DNA of 64,000 nucleotides, taken from positions 1 through 64,000 of IMG/VR virus record IMGVR_UViG_3300033486_000001; one strand, written 5' to 3'. Positions 9,977 to 18,701 of the stretch are shown in pieces. A model generated the notes under the pieces. The model had not been told where the DNA came from. It ran no database searches and saw only the letters and a list, made by a program, of their open reading frames with translations. The translations under genes were made by a program, and so were the position numbers. The DNA is from a virus. Lineage: Duplodnaviria > Caudoviricetes. Positions within the stretch are counted from its first letter, which is position 1, and every line of letters begins with the position of its first letter.

Positions 9977-10274
9977 GATTACATATGCAAATCCCCTACG
10001 TGAGCGTCACAACCTTGACGGTATGGCCATTAAGGCACTCGGAGTGTGGAAGCGCGGCGTCGACTCGATCGACAACGCTACCGGTTCCGAGTTCAACCAG
10101 GAGCTAGACACCATGGTAACACGCTTTATTCGTTCACTGCAACCAGGCAAAATCGAAGTGGAAATCTTGTACCAGCAATTCTTGCGATGCGCACAAGAAG
10201 CTTCAAATCAGATCCGCGCCAATGAAGAGCGTAGGAATAGTGCCCAGGAGGCATCGCCAAATGTCGGAGTTTAA
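9930..10274 (+). CDS. Hypothetical protein in the lysis cassette (start uncertain; could be ATG 10023)
   Basis: Fills the gap between the holin-like gene and the endolysin; contains the AGGAGG that serves the endolysin. Confidence 0.45.
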   Translation: MQPSGLSAASSRHASRITYANPLRERHNLDGMAIKALGVWKRGVDSIDNATGSEFNQELDTMVTRFIRSLQPGKIEVEILYQQFLRCAQEASNQIRANEERRNSAQEASPNVGV

Positions 10275-10812
10275 TCTAGCGATTCCAGTAATCATGAGTC
10301 ACGAAGGTGGATGGGTGAACGACCCGTCAGACCTCGGAGCTGAGACGAACTTTGGGTGGTCGACGTCCACCATCAAATCTCTAGGACTCACGGCGGCTGA
10401 CCTCGGCATTCCAGGGCCTATGTTTTCTCCTGGATACTTGAAGCCGATGAAGCCGGAAGTTGCCGTTGCTCTATATCGAAAAGAGTTTTGGGATAAGTTC
10501 GGCTTCGGCGCCATTCTCGACCAAACGACGGCTACAAAGTGTATGGACTGTGCCGTGAATTGTGGCCCAAAGCGTTCCGCTAAGATCTCCCAAGGCGCGG
10601 TCAATACTCTGCTCCCCGGAAGGCTTGTCGTCGACGGCGCCTTCGGACCTATGACGTTCGGCGCCATCAACTCGATTGACGGGAAGAAATTCGTCAAGGC
10701 TATGGCGACGGTTATGGCGGATTACTACAACTCAATCGCCATCTCTCGTCCGCAAAATTCCAAGTTTCTACCTTGTTGGCTTAAACGGGCTAAGTGGGGG
10801 GTTGTGGTATAA
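10261..10812 (+). CDS. Endolysin, glycoside hydrolase family 108 with a C-terminal peptidoglycan-binding domain
   Basis: HEGGWVNDPSDLGAETNFG motif; VNCGPK; C-terminal QNSKFLPCWLKR; SD AGGAGG before ATG 10261. Confidence 0.9.
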   Translation: MSEFNLAIPVIMSHEGGWVNDPSDLGAETNFGWSTSTIKSLGLTAADLGIPGPMFSPGYLKPMKPEVAVALYRKEFWDKFGFGAILDQTTATKCMDCAVNCGPKRSAKISQGAVNTLLPGRLVVDGAFGPMTFGAINSIDGKKFVKAMATVMADYYNSIAISRPQNSKFLPCWLKRAKWGVVV

Positions 10813-10813
10813 T
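10804..10813 (+). promoter_or_regulatory. Extended -10 promoter GTGGTATAAT, 6 nt before ATG 10820
   Basis: TGn-TATAAT; family of near-identical motifs elsewhere in the window. Confidence 0.65.
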
Positions 10814-10819
10814 AGTCGG

Positions 10820-11659
10820 ATGACTGTCAAGAAACTCATTTACGCCTTGTGCGATCCGCAAACCGGCGACATTCGCTATATCGGGAAGTCCTCTCGTGGT
10901 ATGGCGAGGCCAAAAGCTCACTTATTTTTATCTCAACTGAAGGGCCAATCCCACAAGAATAACTGGATCAAGTCTGTGCTGTCGTCGGGACTCAAGCCTG
11001 GCGTCAAAGTCTTACATGAATTCTCTGACGGCGCCACTGATATTCAGATGAGCGCGGCCGAGATATGGTGTATTGCCCACTACAGACTGTGTGGCGCTCA
11101 GTTGACAAACGGAACCGATGGAGGGGAAGGCGCGTGTGGACGTATCGTTTCTAATGCCACGCGAGCAAAGCTGTCGCAGTCGAGTAGAGGGCGTCATGCT
11201 TCGAAGGAAACTCGACAAAAGATGTCGATGTCGCATAAGGGGAGGGGCCGAGCGCCAAGGACGCCGGAGTGGTGTCGGAAAATATCGGAATCCCAAAAGG
11301 GGAAGAAGTTGTCGCCAGATCATCGGGCGAAAATATCAGCCGCTCTGACCGGTACAGTTCGATACATCCCGTCAATTAAAACCAAAGAGAAAATATCTCA
11401 ATCTCTGAAGGGGAGAAAGGCGACTATCGAAGCGAGAATTAATCAGTCGCTTGCTCAAACAGGCAAGAGGCGCAGGTCTTATAAAAATAACACCTCTGGC
11501 GCCAAGGGGGTTTACTGGAGCAAGGGGTGTTGTAAGTGGGTAGCTCAAGTCTCAATTAATGGAAAGCGGAAATATCTCGGGATTTTCGCCTCCAAGCAGG
11601 ATGCCGTTGACGCTGTTTCGGGGGTGATATGCGTTGACAAGTCCACTTCGACATCTTAG
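10820..11659 (+). CDS. Free-standing GIY-YIG homing endonuclease with NUMOD3 repeats and a C-terminal AP2 domain
   Basis: LIYALCDP...YIGKS, QLTNGTDGGEG, ETRQKMSMSHKG repeats, NNTSGAKGVYW...WVAQVSINGKRKYLGIF. Confidence 0.85.
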   Translation: MTVKKLIYALCDPQTGDIRYIGKSSRGMARPKAHLFLSQLKGQSHKNNWIKSVLSSGLKPGVKVLHEFSDGATDIQMSAAEIWCIAHYRLCGAQLTNGTDGGEGACGRIVSNATRAKLSQSSRGRHASKETRQKMSMSHKGRGRAPRTPEWCRKISESQKGKKLSPDHRAKISAALTGTVRYIPSIKTKEKISQSLKGRKATIEARINQSLAQTGKRRRSYKNNTSGAKGVYWSKGCCKWVAQVSINGKRKYLGIFASKQDAVDAVSGVICVDKSTSTS

Positions 11660-11720
11660 ACCGCTCGTCCGGCGAACGCTAAATTCAGGAAGAACTGGTT
11701 GCGCCGGGCTCAATGGGGCG

Positions 11721-12167
11721 TCACACCGTAGCGAGCACCTCCGGAGCGTCAGAGGCTTTCGCTCCCGGTCGCCACGAGTAAAACCCGCCGTACACCTCGG
11801 TCCATCGCTTCTCGGTTCGTCCGGAAGTCTTGGTAGAGGTGGTGGTGGGCAGCCATTGGACCTTGAATACGGCACCGGAAATCTGGTATCGCATATCTGC
11901 AACCCAGTCTCGTGCGGCTTCGTTGGCGCGCTCAAGAGCCGTGTCTGCACTCGAGAAGACAGAGTAAACCGCCAACGACTTCTTGTCGCCAGTGCCGGTC
12001 AAGACGCCCAAAACCTTCTTGCCGCTAGCCGACAAGAATGCACACTGATGTAGGATGTGCTTCCACTTGGAGTCCACGTCGAACGACGCCGAAAATGTGC
12101 CGCCAGAAAAAACGATTGATTCGAATGTTCCTTCGATGTACGGGGCGATATTATATGAGTCACACAT
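11721..12167 (-). CDS. Hypothetical protein
   Basis: Tiles with the upstream gene; start reassigned to ATG 12167. Confidence 0.55.
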   Translation of the reverse strand: MCDSYNIAPYIEGTFESIVFSGGTFSASFDVDSKWKHILHQCAFLSASGKKVLGVLTGTGDKKSLAVYSVFSSADTALERANEAARDWVADMRYQISGAVFKVQWLPTTTSTKTSGRTEKRWTEVYGGFYSWRPGAKASDAPEVLATV

Positions 12168-12447
12168 TGTTTGTCTCCAACTGAATTTCCGACGCAAGAT
12201 CTACCACAGTTTCTGTACCGTCGGTCAAAAACGTTTGCCGACACTCTTCGGAACAAATCGGGGCGTCCGGACACTCGTCGATTACAGCCCGCCATCCGGT
12301 CCTCTTGTTGCAAACCAAACATGGATACCGTCTGCCAGTTTGCTGGATTTGTCCCTCATCTACATCTACCACGACCGGAGCCGCCGGCACAAAAAACTGC
12401 GGCCTAAATGCCAGCATAACCTCAGGAAACCGCTCGTCAAATCGCAT
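12160..12447 (-). CDS. Hypothetical protein with a Cys cluster (CLVC...CSEEC)
   Basis: Tiling ORF with a zinc-finger-like motif. Confidence 0.55.
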   Translation of the reverse strand: MRFDERFPEVMLAFRPQFFVPAAPVVVDVDEGQIQQTGRRYPCLVCNKRTGWRAVIDECPDAPICSEECRQTFLTDGTETVVDLASEIQLETNNV

Positions 12448-12928
12448 CTAGGTGGCTCAAGAGCTGGTTCAACATGACTTGTCGGTATTCTTCCATCTCT
12501 TCGTTGAGTGGGTCAATAAAGTCCTTCTTCTCTCGGTCGAGGCGCACTCGCCCGCACTCATTCTCTTGGCTAGGCAGCGACGTTACCGGGTTGTCATTAG
12601 ACGACCAAGTGAAGATGATGGTAACCGGCTCGCCTTCAAAAACATATGGTGTGGCGTACAGCGTTCCATTCTCTTGGTCAAAACCAATCGACGGCTTACG
12701 CCCTTTGGCCCATGCCTCTTGAATCCTAACCGACTCGGACTTCAGAGAGTCGAAGAACTTCAGCGCCTCTTCTTCCGTCGGGACGTTGTTCGACTCTCGG
12801 ATTTGGTTTTCTGTACACTTCGGGCAGTAGTCGCCACCACAGTCGTCATCCGACCATCCAAGAGTGTCGTCCACTTCCATCCTACATCCGTCGCACTGAG
12901 TGCGATTGTTCTCCCAGTTCAAACTCAC
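12437..12928 (-). CDS. Hypothetical protein with an N-terminal zinc finger
   Basis: CDGC...CPKC; tiles with neighbours. Confidence 0.6.
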   Translation of the reverse strand: MSLNWENNRTQCDGCRMEVDDTLGWSDDDCGGDYCPKCTENQIRESNNVPTEEEALKFFDSLKSESVRIQEAWAKGRKPSIGFDQENGTLYATPYVFEGEPVTIIFTWSSNDNPVTSLPSQENECGRVRLDREKKDFIDPLNEEMEEYRQVMLNQLLSHLDAI

Positions 12929-12937
12929 GGTAATCTC

Positions 12938-13198
12938 CTAAAAAGATGAAGTCGCCATCTTGCGTTGTGTAGCTTCTAGCACCAACACCCAACAATCTCC
13001 ATCGTGCCTCATGTCTAGTGTCGCAAAAGGACTTCCGCCGCAATTGTGCAACATCGGGGTGTTGGCGATTTGTTGCAGCAGTTCGACCTGCTCGCGACGT
13101 GACTCCGGAGAGCCATGAGCGCACGGCTCGGAGCGATACTCCAACGACACTTGCTCCAAGCCGCCGCCCAGGTCAGAGCGATGTAACGTCTTCTTCAC
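12938..13198 (-). CDS. Hypothetical protein
   Basis: Start overlaps the stop of the upstream gene. Confidence 0.55.
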   Translation of the reverse strand: MKKTLHRSDLGGGLEQVSLEYRSEPCAHGSPESRREQVELLQQIANTPMLHNCGGSPFATLDMRHDGDCWVLVLEATQRKMATSSF

Positions 13199-13386
13199 TC
13201 CTCATCCTCATCGTCATCGTCGTCGCGAACGTCGTTCTCGTCGTCACTGCCTTCAAACTCCAGGCCGTTCGAAGCAAGCTCTTCGTTGAGGGTGAACAAG
13301 AACTCGTTCATAACGCCCTTCGAGGCCTTGGGGAGAACTGCAACGGCAACATCGCGGACAATAGAATCAAACTCGGAATGGGTCAT
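13195..13386 (-). CDS. Small acidic-tailed hypothetical protein
   Basis: SD AAGGAG; C-terminus DDDDDEDEE. Confidence 0.65.
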   Translation of the reverse strand: MTHSEFDSIVRDVAVAVLPKASKGVMNEFLFTLNEELASNGLEFEGSDDENDVRDDDDDEDEE

Positions 13387-13418
13387 TTTACAACTCCTTG
13401 GTTTTACTGCGTGTTTTG

Positions 13419-13754
13419 CTACTCGAAATAAGGTAGAAAGTGTATGCCATCTCCGAGTGTCTTTCCTTCGGGAGGGGTGGCGGTCGTCTCGTAGTTGCTC
13501 GTGGTCGCTGGAGCTGCATTGCCGATGGGCGTTTCTGGATACCCAAACCGAAGTTCCCGAATGGCTGCCGCATCATCGGTCGACACCAGCGGTAGCGCCA
13601 GGTTAATGAGTTGCTGGAGCTGCTTGAGTTCCGACTCCGAGACGAAAAGCGCATTTTGCATCTTACCTGCAACTTCCTTCTGCAGGGTGTAGGAAGGAGG
13701 GGCCACTGGCGTATTGCCACCGATGTCAGTTTGGTTTGTTCTGATCAGCTTCAT
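13419..13754 (-). CDS. Hypothetical protein
   Basis: SD AAGGAG upstream; tiles with 13756. Confidence 0.5.
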   Translation of the reverse strand: MKLIRTNQTDIGGNTPVAPPSYTLQKEVAGKMQNALFVSESELKQLQQLINLALPLVSTDDAAAIRELRFGYPETPIGNAAPATTSNYETTATPPEGKTLGDGIHFLPYFE

Positions 13755-13755
13755 C

Positions 13756-14061
13756 CTACAACTCCTTCACGTAATTCGGAAAAACGAACAGCGGTCCAAA
13801 GGTGTACTCGATGTTCTTGGCGTCCGACAAGGTCCATTTTACATCCCACGGACACATCAGAAGAGGTGGATTGCCATCTCCAGACGCGGGAGCATAACAC
13901 TTCTTGGTCCGCTTCACTTGGTCGGCCGACCACTTATTCAACATATTCACCTTTTGGCACGCTGCAGACGCGGTGTCTACTACCCCGACCGTCCACTCGA
14001 GACGTTTGCTACGCCAAAACGACTTCCTCTTTCCAGTCACAGCCCACGCTTTGAGCTCCAT
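13756..14061 (-). CDS. Hypothetical protein
   Basis: SD GGAGG; TAATG overlap with the upstream gene. Confidence 0.6.
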   Translation of the reverse strand: MELKAWAVTGKRKSFWRSKRLEWTVGVVDTASAACQKVNMLNKWSADQVKRTKKCYAPASGDGNPPLLMCPWDVKWTLSDAKNIEYTFGPLFVFPNYVKEL

Positions 14062-14846
14062 TATTTCCTCCAGGGGTGCCACGTTACGCCAGCGCCATAC
14101 GAGATACCAATATTACTTCCAGCCGTCAACCACACTTTAGGTCCCAACTCGAATTTCCCGAAGTCGTACGACACACCGGCCCCACCCAAAAATCCAGTCC
14201 CACCAACACCCAAGTCAAGTGTTCCGCCCAACTTCTCATACCACTTCGACTGCAACATTCTAGGATTCACTCCAGCCAAGCGGATGTTGATTCCAACATT
14301 CTCTTCCGATGACGTGACATGCGACTCCCACGCCCCGTCGTCCTTCTGGCCGACCACCAGCGTCACTTGGAGGGGGCGTTTTTGTTGCACTTTCACGTAA
14401 GCCTCCGCCGGATTTGTCTTGGTCCAACCATCCACCCCAATATAACCAAAGTCCTTTGTAAAGTCAACTTGAACGCGACCTGGCTGCGTATCGTCAGTGT
14501 GCTGATTGGCATTAGCCAGACCCTCGTAGGCCTTTTTCCACTGTAGAGTCAAGGAGTTGGCCGTCAAGAGCGTCTCACCGGTCTTCTTGAGTTCGTCACC
14601 CAAGAGCTTGACTTGAACGTCCTTCGAGTCCAGCAAAGACTGCAACTGCTCGTGCTCAACCATGAGCTTGCTATAAACCCCCGCCTGCACCTCGACGGTA
14701 TGGTCTTTGTCGGCCACGGCATTGCGCAGCGTTCGCAACTCGTTCTCGTAAGAGCAGCTCTTGATGCCGCCGAAGGCGAGCAAAACTACGATGGCCGCGA
14801 AGAGGCCGGTGGAGATGTACTTAACTACGGTATCGGGGATTGTCAT
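14061..14846 (-). CDS. Membrane-anchored coiled-coil protein with a beta-strand C-terminus (possible spanin-like)
   Basis: N-terminal TM (GLFAAIVVLLAFGGIKSC), coiled coil, Gly/aromatic beta strands ending GAGVTWHPWRK; start reassigned to 14846. Confidence 0.55.
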   Translation of the reverse strand: MTIPDTVVKYISTGLFAAIVVLLAFGGIKSCSYENELRTLRNAVADKDHTVEVQAGVYSKLMVEHEQLQSLLDSKDVQVKLLGDELKKTGETLLTANSLTLQWKKAYEGLANANQHTDDTQPGRVQVDFTKDFGYIGVDGWTKTNPAEAYVKVQQKRPLQVTLVVGQKDDGAWESHVTSSEENVGINIRLAGVNPRMLQSKWYEKLGGTLDLGVGGTGFLGGAGVSYDFGKFELGPKVWLTAGSNIGISYGAGVTWHPWRK

Positions 14847-15169
14847 AGTGACTTCCAAGCTACAACGCGCTCTCGGTCGTTGTGAATGTCGTGATCTTTG
14901 TGATCGTATGTGTTGCCACACGAGTCGACCCAGCCGCGGAGGAGGCCGTACCCGATTTGTGTTTCGTGGTAACAGTACGGCTTCAGCACTCGAATATACG
15001 CGGACTCCACCTCTGGAGCGCGCATATCGACGATACAGCACAGATAGTAGCCGTCTGACTCGAACACACCCTTCTCGTTCTTCACCTCGAGTACGCACTT
15101 GCTCTGGGGAAATTCCAAGGTTTCCCAAGTATCCGCACCGATAGCCTTCAACATCTCCACTTGATTCAT
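14843..15169 (-). CDS. Hypothetical protein
   Basis: Tiles between ClpP and the 14846 gene. Confidence 0.55.
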   Translation of the reverse strand: MNQVEMLKAIGADTWETLEFPQSKCVLEVKNEKGVFESDGYYLCCIVDMRAPEVESAYIRVLKPYCYHETQIGYGLLRGWVDSCGNTYDHKDHDIHNDRERVVAWKSL

Positions 15170-15170
15170 A

Positions 15171-15725
15171 TCAGTCTCCCAAAATCGCGTCGATAAAGCC
15201 GGCCTTCAGCGCCTCTGCTGCCGTGAAGTATGTTTCTTTCTCGCACCACTTAGCCATTTGCTTCTCTGAAGCGCCGCTACGGCGAGCTAAGAGGCTTTGG
15301 TAGCGCCGATTAGACAGATTACACTCCTCATTGAGTCGATTGAGCCCCTTAGTGTCAATGTCATCGCCCGACATTGTCATGGTGGCATTATGCACCATCA
15401 TCATGGCATTCGCCGTCATAATCCGCTTCTTCCCGGCCTGCAAGAGCACGGCTCCGATAGAATACACGCCACCGACGCCGAAAGTGGTGGTGGGGTTTTT
15501 GCAATTGTGAATCACGTCGTACAAACCCATGCCGGCGTCACTGTCGCCCCCAGGGGTCGAGATATGGACACCAATGGGACCTTTGGTCTCATCCAACATG
15601 AAAATTCCCGGTAGCAAGTCTTGAGCCAACTTATCTGAAATCGCGCCGAAGATGTAAACTCGGCGGGCGGAAAAGTCGATGCCAGAAGACTTGGCTGTAT
15701 CTAGGCGCTGCGTCTTGGTAGTCAT
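15171..15725 (-). CDS. clpP: ClpP-like peptidase (S14 family)
   Basis: HISTPGGD, GVYSIGAVLLQAG, MMMVHN, ETYFTAAEALKAGFIDAI. Confidence 0.85.
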   Translation of the reverse strand: MTTKTQRLDTAKSSGIDFSARRVYIFGAISDKLAQDLLPGIFMLDETKGPIGVHISTPGGDSDAGMGLYDVIHNCKNPTTTFGVGGVYSIGAVLLQAGKKRIMTANAMMMVHNATMTMSGDDIDTKGLNRLNEECNLSNRRYQSLLARRSGASEKQMAKWCEKETYFTAAEALKAGFIDAILGD

Positions 15726-15757
15726 AGACCTTCAATACCTCAAAATGGAATCAAACG

Positions 15758-17257
15758 TCAAGGGGCTAATTTTTCGTAAAATCGAATTTTCTCTGGAGGC
15801 ACTGAACGACCCCGAAACTCTCGGAACGCCTCCACAGCCTTGTGGCTAACGGACGACGATCCACGGTACGTGAATGCCCCCAAAAAGTCGGAGTGCGTCG
15901 TACATCGGTCGTAGTCGGTCTTGCACGTAACAGCCCATCCAGTGGAACTCGAACGAGACTTACAGATGTAATAAGTCAAGAAGCTGTTATTGGCGTCGTC
16001 GTCGGTACGGTTCAAGGTCAATACTGTAGCCGCGGATTGCATAATGCCGAAAGCTTCGTGCACGTCCTCCATGACCAATAGTCTTGTTTCATTCTTCTGG
16101 CTGCCGTGGCGCCGATTCACCTTTGAACCTTCACGGTTTGTCTGTACTGCCACCAACACGGACATCTTGTGCTGAATGCCTATTTGAAGGAATTGGTTGT
16201 ATACAATTGCTTGAATATGTCTGAGTTCCATGTGCCCCTTAGAGCCCACTTCAGACATGAGGTTGGCCGGATAGTCGTCGACCAACAGATCATACCCGCG
16301 TCCCGTGGCCAACCGCCTGTTTTCTTGGAACTTGTTGATGGTTGTGATGACCTCTTCCGCCGTCAGACCTGGGCGGTTGATTGGGATAAATGTAAGGTGC
16401 CTGCGGAGCATTTCTTCGTACGCCGCCATCATGGTCATCTTTTCGGGGTCTTGGTAGGCCCGTACCAGTTCCGGAGTAGTCATGGCTGTGAGACACCGCA
16501 TGATTTTGTCTTGGATTTCGTCTTCTGTACCTTCATGCGTCAGGAACAACACACCCTTGCCCTTGGCGACGTTGGCAACGGCTGTAGTCACAAGGGCTGA
16601 CGTCTTGCCTGAGTTAACAGAAGACATAAGTACAGTCATATGTCCGGGGAACAAGCATCCGCCGGTGGGGTACTTTGATAGCAACCGGTCGATCATCTCC
16701 GCACCAAAGGTCAGAGCCTGCCCGGAGTCTTGCTCTTGCCGGAGGATTTTTTCCCGGTAGTTATTGAAGCTGACTTCGCCCGTCTTCATGAACTGCACGT
16801 CGTGGTAGTCGGCTATGAGCCGATTAAGGGCGCCAGCGGATTCGTCGAATTTTTGCAGATTGAACTGATTGATTGCTTTGGGTAGGCCGATTTGCAGCAA
16901 TCGAGCCTTGATCCAGACTTCCATCTCCGACAACAGCGGCTCGGGAGAATACGTAGTCCGCGACTGTTTGGCAATACCGGCGAGAGCTCGAGCTTGATTA
17001 GCTGTATGTGTGTCCAGTCGACCGATGTATTCGCTGTCGAGTAGTTCCGACATGGTGGGCATTCGCCCCCAACGCTTCCACCAAGACTTCGACGCGTCGA
17101 ATACCTTGGCGGCCACCGGGTCCGAGAACCAAGAAGCCTCAAGGCGGCTGATGACGGTCGAGTAGAACTTCTCGTCGCAGACCACATACCCCAAAACCGC
17201 TCGCTGCTTGTCGGGGCTAAACGGCAAAGACTGCGTGTCGATGGTACCTTCTGACAT
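15758..17257 (-). CDS. Replicative DnaB/gp41-like helicase
   Basis: Walker A-like SSVNSGKT, FLTHEG, LLVDDY, VAVQTNREGS, ICKSR. Confidence 0.85.
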   Translation of the reverse strand: MSEGTIDTQSLPFSPDKQRAVLGYVVCDEKFYSTVISRLEASWFSDPVAAKVFDASKSWWKRWGRMPTMSELLDSEYIGRLDTHTANQARALAGIAKQSRTTYSPEPLLSEMEVWIKARLLQIGLPKAINQFNLQKFDESAGALNRLIADYHDVQFMKTGEVSFNNYREKILRQEQDSGQALTFGAEMIDRLLSKYPTGGCLFPGHMTVLMSSVNSGKTSALVTTAVANVAKGKGVLFLTHEGTEDEIQDKIMRCLTAMTTPELVRAYQDPEKMTMMAAYEEMLRRHLTFIPINRPGLTAEEVITTINKFQENRRLATGRGYDLLVDDYPANLMSEVGSKGHMELRHIQAIVYNQFLQIGIQHKMSVLVAVQTNREGSKVNRRHGSQKNETRLLVMEDVHEAFGIMQSAATVLTLNRTDDDANNSFLTYYICKSRSSSTGWAVTCKTDYDRCTTHSDFLGAFTYRGSSSVSHKAVEAFREFRGRSVPPEKIRFYEKLAP

Positions 17258-18274
17258 TTAATGGGCTCCGAAGTGATTCTTGAGGAAAAACACGATTTGT
17301 GCTGGATTAAGAATGGGGGCTCGGTCGACTAGCCCCTTGACGTCCAGGATGGGCATATCGCCCAGGTCCTTGTAGGGCGCTGGCGGGCGGAGATCGTACA
17401 GTACGATGTCGGCTAGCGCCCTCCTGAGGCGATCTAGCTCCAAGTAAGCGTCCGGATCGAGGGCTAAGTACAGTTTCGTAATCCCGCAATTCCTCAAGAG
17501 TTGCAGCTGGCTATTGGCGACCGCTTTGCCCATTGCAGCGACGTTGCCTCCGCCGCCACAGTGCGCTTTAAGGGCGTCCATCGGACCTTCACATAAAATC
17601 GCCTGATCGCCGGTGATGCGATCGGAGAACATCAAAGTCTGGTCGCGCTTGAGTTCTGGGTTGGTCAGCACCTTCAATGGGGACACCACTTTACGCAAAC
17701 GTTCGTTCCAGTATGACTTGTCGTTATCAATCAATCGAGACTGGTAACCCAATAAGTTGCCGCGAGAAATGACTGGGAACATCACCCGTCGTTCCGACGG
17801 CCAATACCGGATTGAATATTCCATCGCCAAACCCATCGGGACACCTCTGGACTCCAAATATCTCACGCCGGGGGCCGCATCTTGACACTCCAGCGTCACA
17901 GAATCAGCGGGCCATTGCACTGTCTTGAGCGTTGGTTCTAGATCCATGTAGTCATCGTCATCATCGTCAGAGAAATCTTGCGCACCAACGCCTAAAATAA
18001 GGCCGGAACCTTGCGGCTCATCGTTATACAGCGCCTTACGTACTTCGCTGAGTCGGAGTCCGCACAAATCTGCTAGCGCGAACTCCGGCTTCCCTTGGTA
18101 CCCTTCAATCTCGCGACAGTACCAGCAAACAAACCGCCCGGACTGTCGCATCATATACATCTTGTCCGACTTGTTGCACTTCGGACATTCCATAATGAAT
18201 GATTTTGAGTTGGTTTTGAAGTCGACACCGTGTGTTTGTAAAAGCTCTCGAATTTTAGGTTCAAGTGTCTGCAC
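17258..18274 (-). CDS. DNA primase (Zn-binding domain plus TOPRIM)
   Basis: CPKC...CWYC zinc finger; LCEGPMDAL; LALDPD; DLGDM. Confidence 0.85.
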   Translation of the reverse strand: MQTLEPKIRELLQTHGVDFKTNSKSFIMECPKCNKSDKMYMMRQSGRFVCWYCREIEGYQGKPEFALADLCGLRLSEVRKALYNDEPQGSGLILGVGAQDFSDDDDDDYMDLEPTLKTVQWPADSVTLECQDAAPGVRYLESRGVPMGLAMEYSIRYWPSERRVMFPVISRGNLLGYQSRLIDNDKSYWNERLRKVVSPLKVLTNPELKRDQTLMFSDRITGDQAILCEGPMDALKAHCGGGGNVAAMGKAVANSQLQLLRNCGITKLYLALDPDAYLELDRLRRALADIVLYDLRPPAPYKDLGDMPILDVKGLVDRAPILNPAQIVFFLKNHFGAH

Positions 18275-18311
18275 GGTGTCGACCTCTCTTATCTATAGCG
18301 TTGAATTACGA

Positions 18312-18440
18312 TTACCGACGCCAGTACCAATCGCCCCACTTCTCGACGAGCCAGTATGTAAGGCCTACACCAATACTGGTCGCGAATAGCGCGACAAAGC
18401 CTAGTGCAATCAATACTACGGCAATTATGTCTAGCGTCAC
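18312..18440 (-). CDS. 42-aa single-pass membrane protein (not in the ORF track)
   Basis: Read by hand: MTLDIIAVVLIALGFVALFATSIGVGLTYWLVEKWGDWYWRR*; SD AAGGGAG plus GTG. Confidence 0.65.
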   Translation of the reverse strand: MTLDIIAVVLIALGFVALFATSIGVGLTYWLVEKWGDWYWRR

Positions 18441-18474
18441 GGTGTCGACTCCCTTAAGTTACGACTACTCTAAA

Positions 18475-18687
18475 TTAAAAAGCAAACGTCGGTGAACCGG
18501 GCTTAGACTTCCACGACAAGTGGATCCACTTGGGCGGTACGTAGTGCGACACGCCCTTCTCATCTAGGATACGATGACCTCCAGATGCCGACACATTCAG
18601 TTCGAGGGGTTCGTTGATAATGACCGTCGACTTGTCTGGAAACTCGTACGAACGGTAAATCTCGTGACTAATATCCTTAAATTCCAT
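18475..18687 (-). CDS. Hypothetical protein
   Basis: SD AAAGGA; 70-aa beta-rich ORF. Confidence 0.7.
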   Translation of the reverse strand: MEFKDISHEIYRSYEFPDKSTVIINEPLELNVSASGGHRILDEKGVSHYVPPKWIHLSWKSKPGSPTFAF

Positions 18688-18701
18688 GATGTTGTCCTTT
18701 C

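Noticed and set aside
9915-9990. Programmed frameshift joining the holin-like ORF to the 9930 ORF
   Set aside because: The frames overlap, but I found no convincing slippery heptamer or stimulatory structure; left as an uncertain start
10261-11659. Group I intron carrying the GIY-YIG gene
   Set aside because: The endolysin is complete before the endonuclease and no second exon follows
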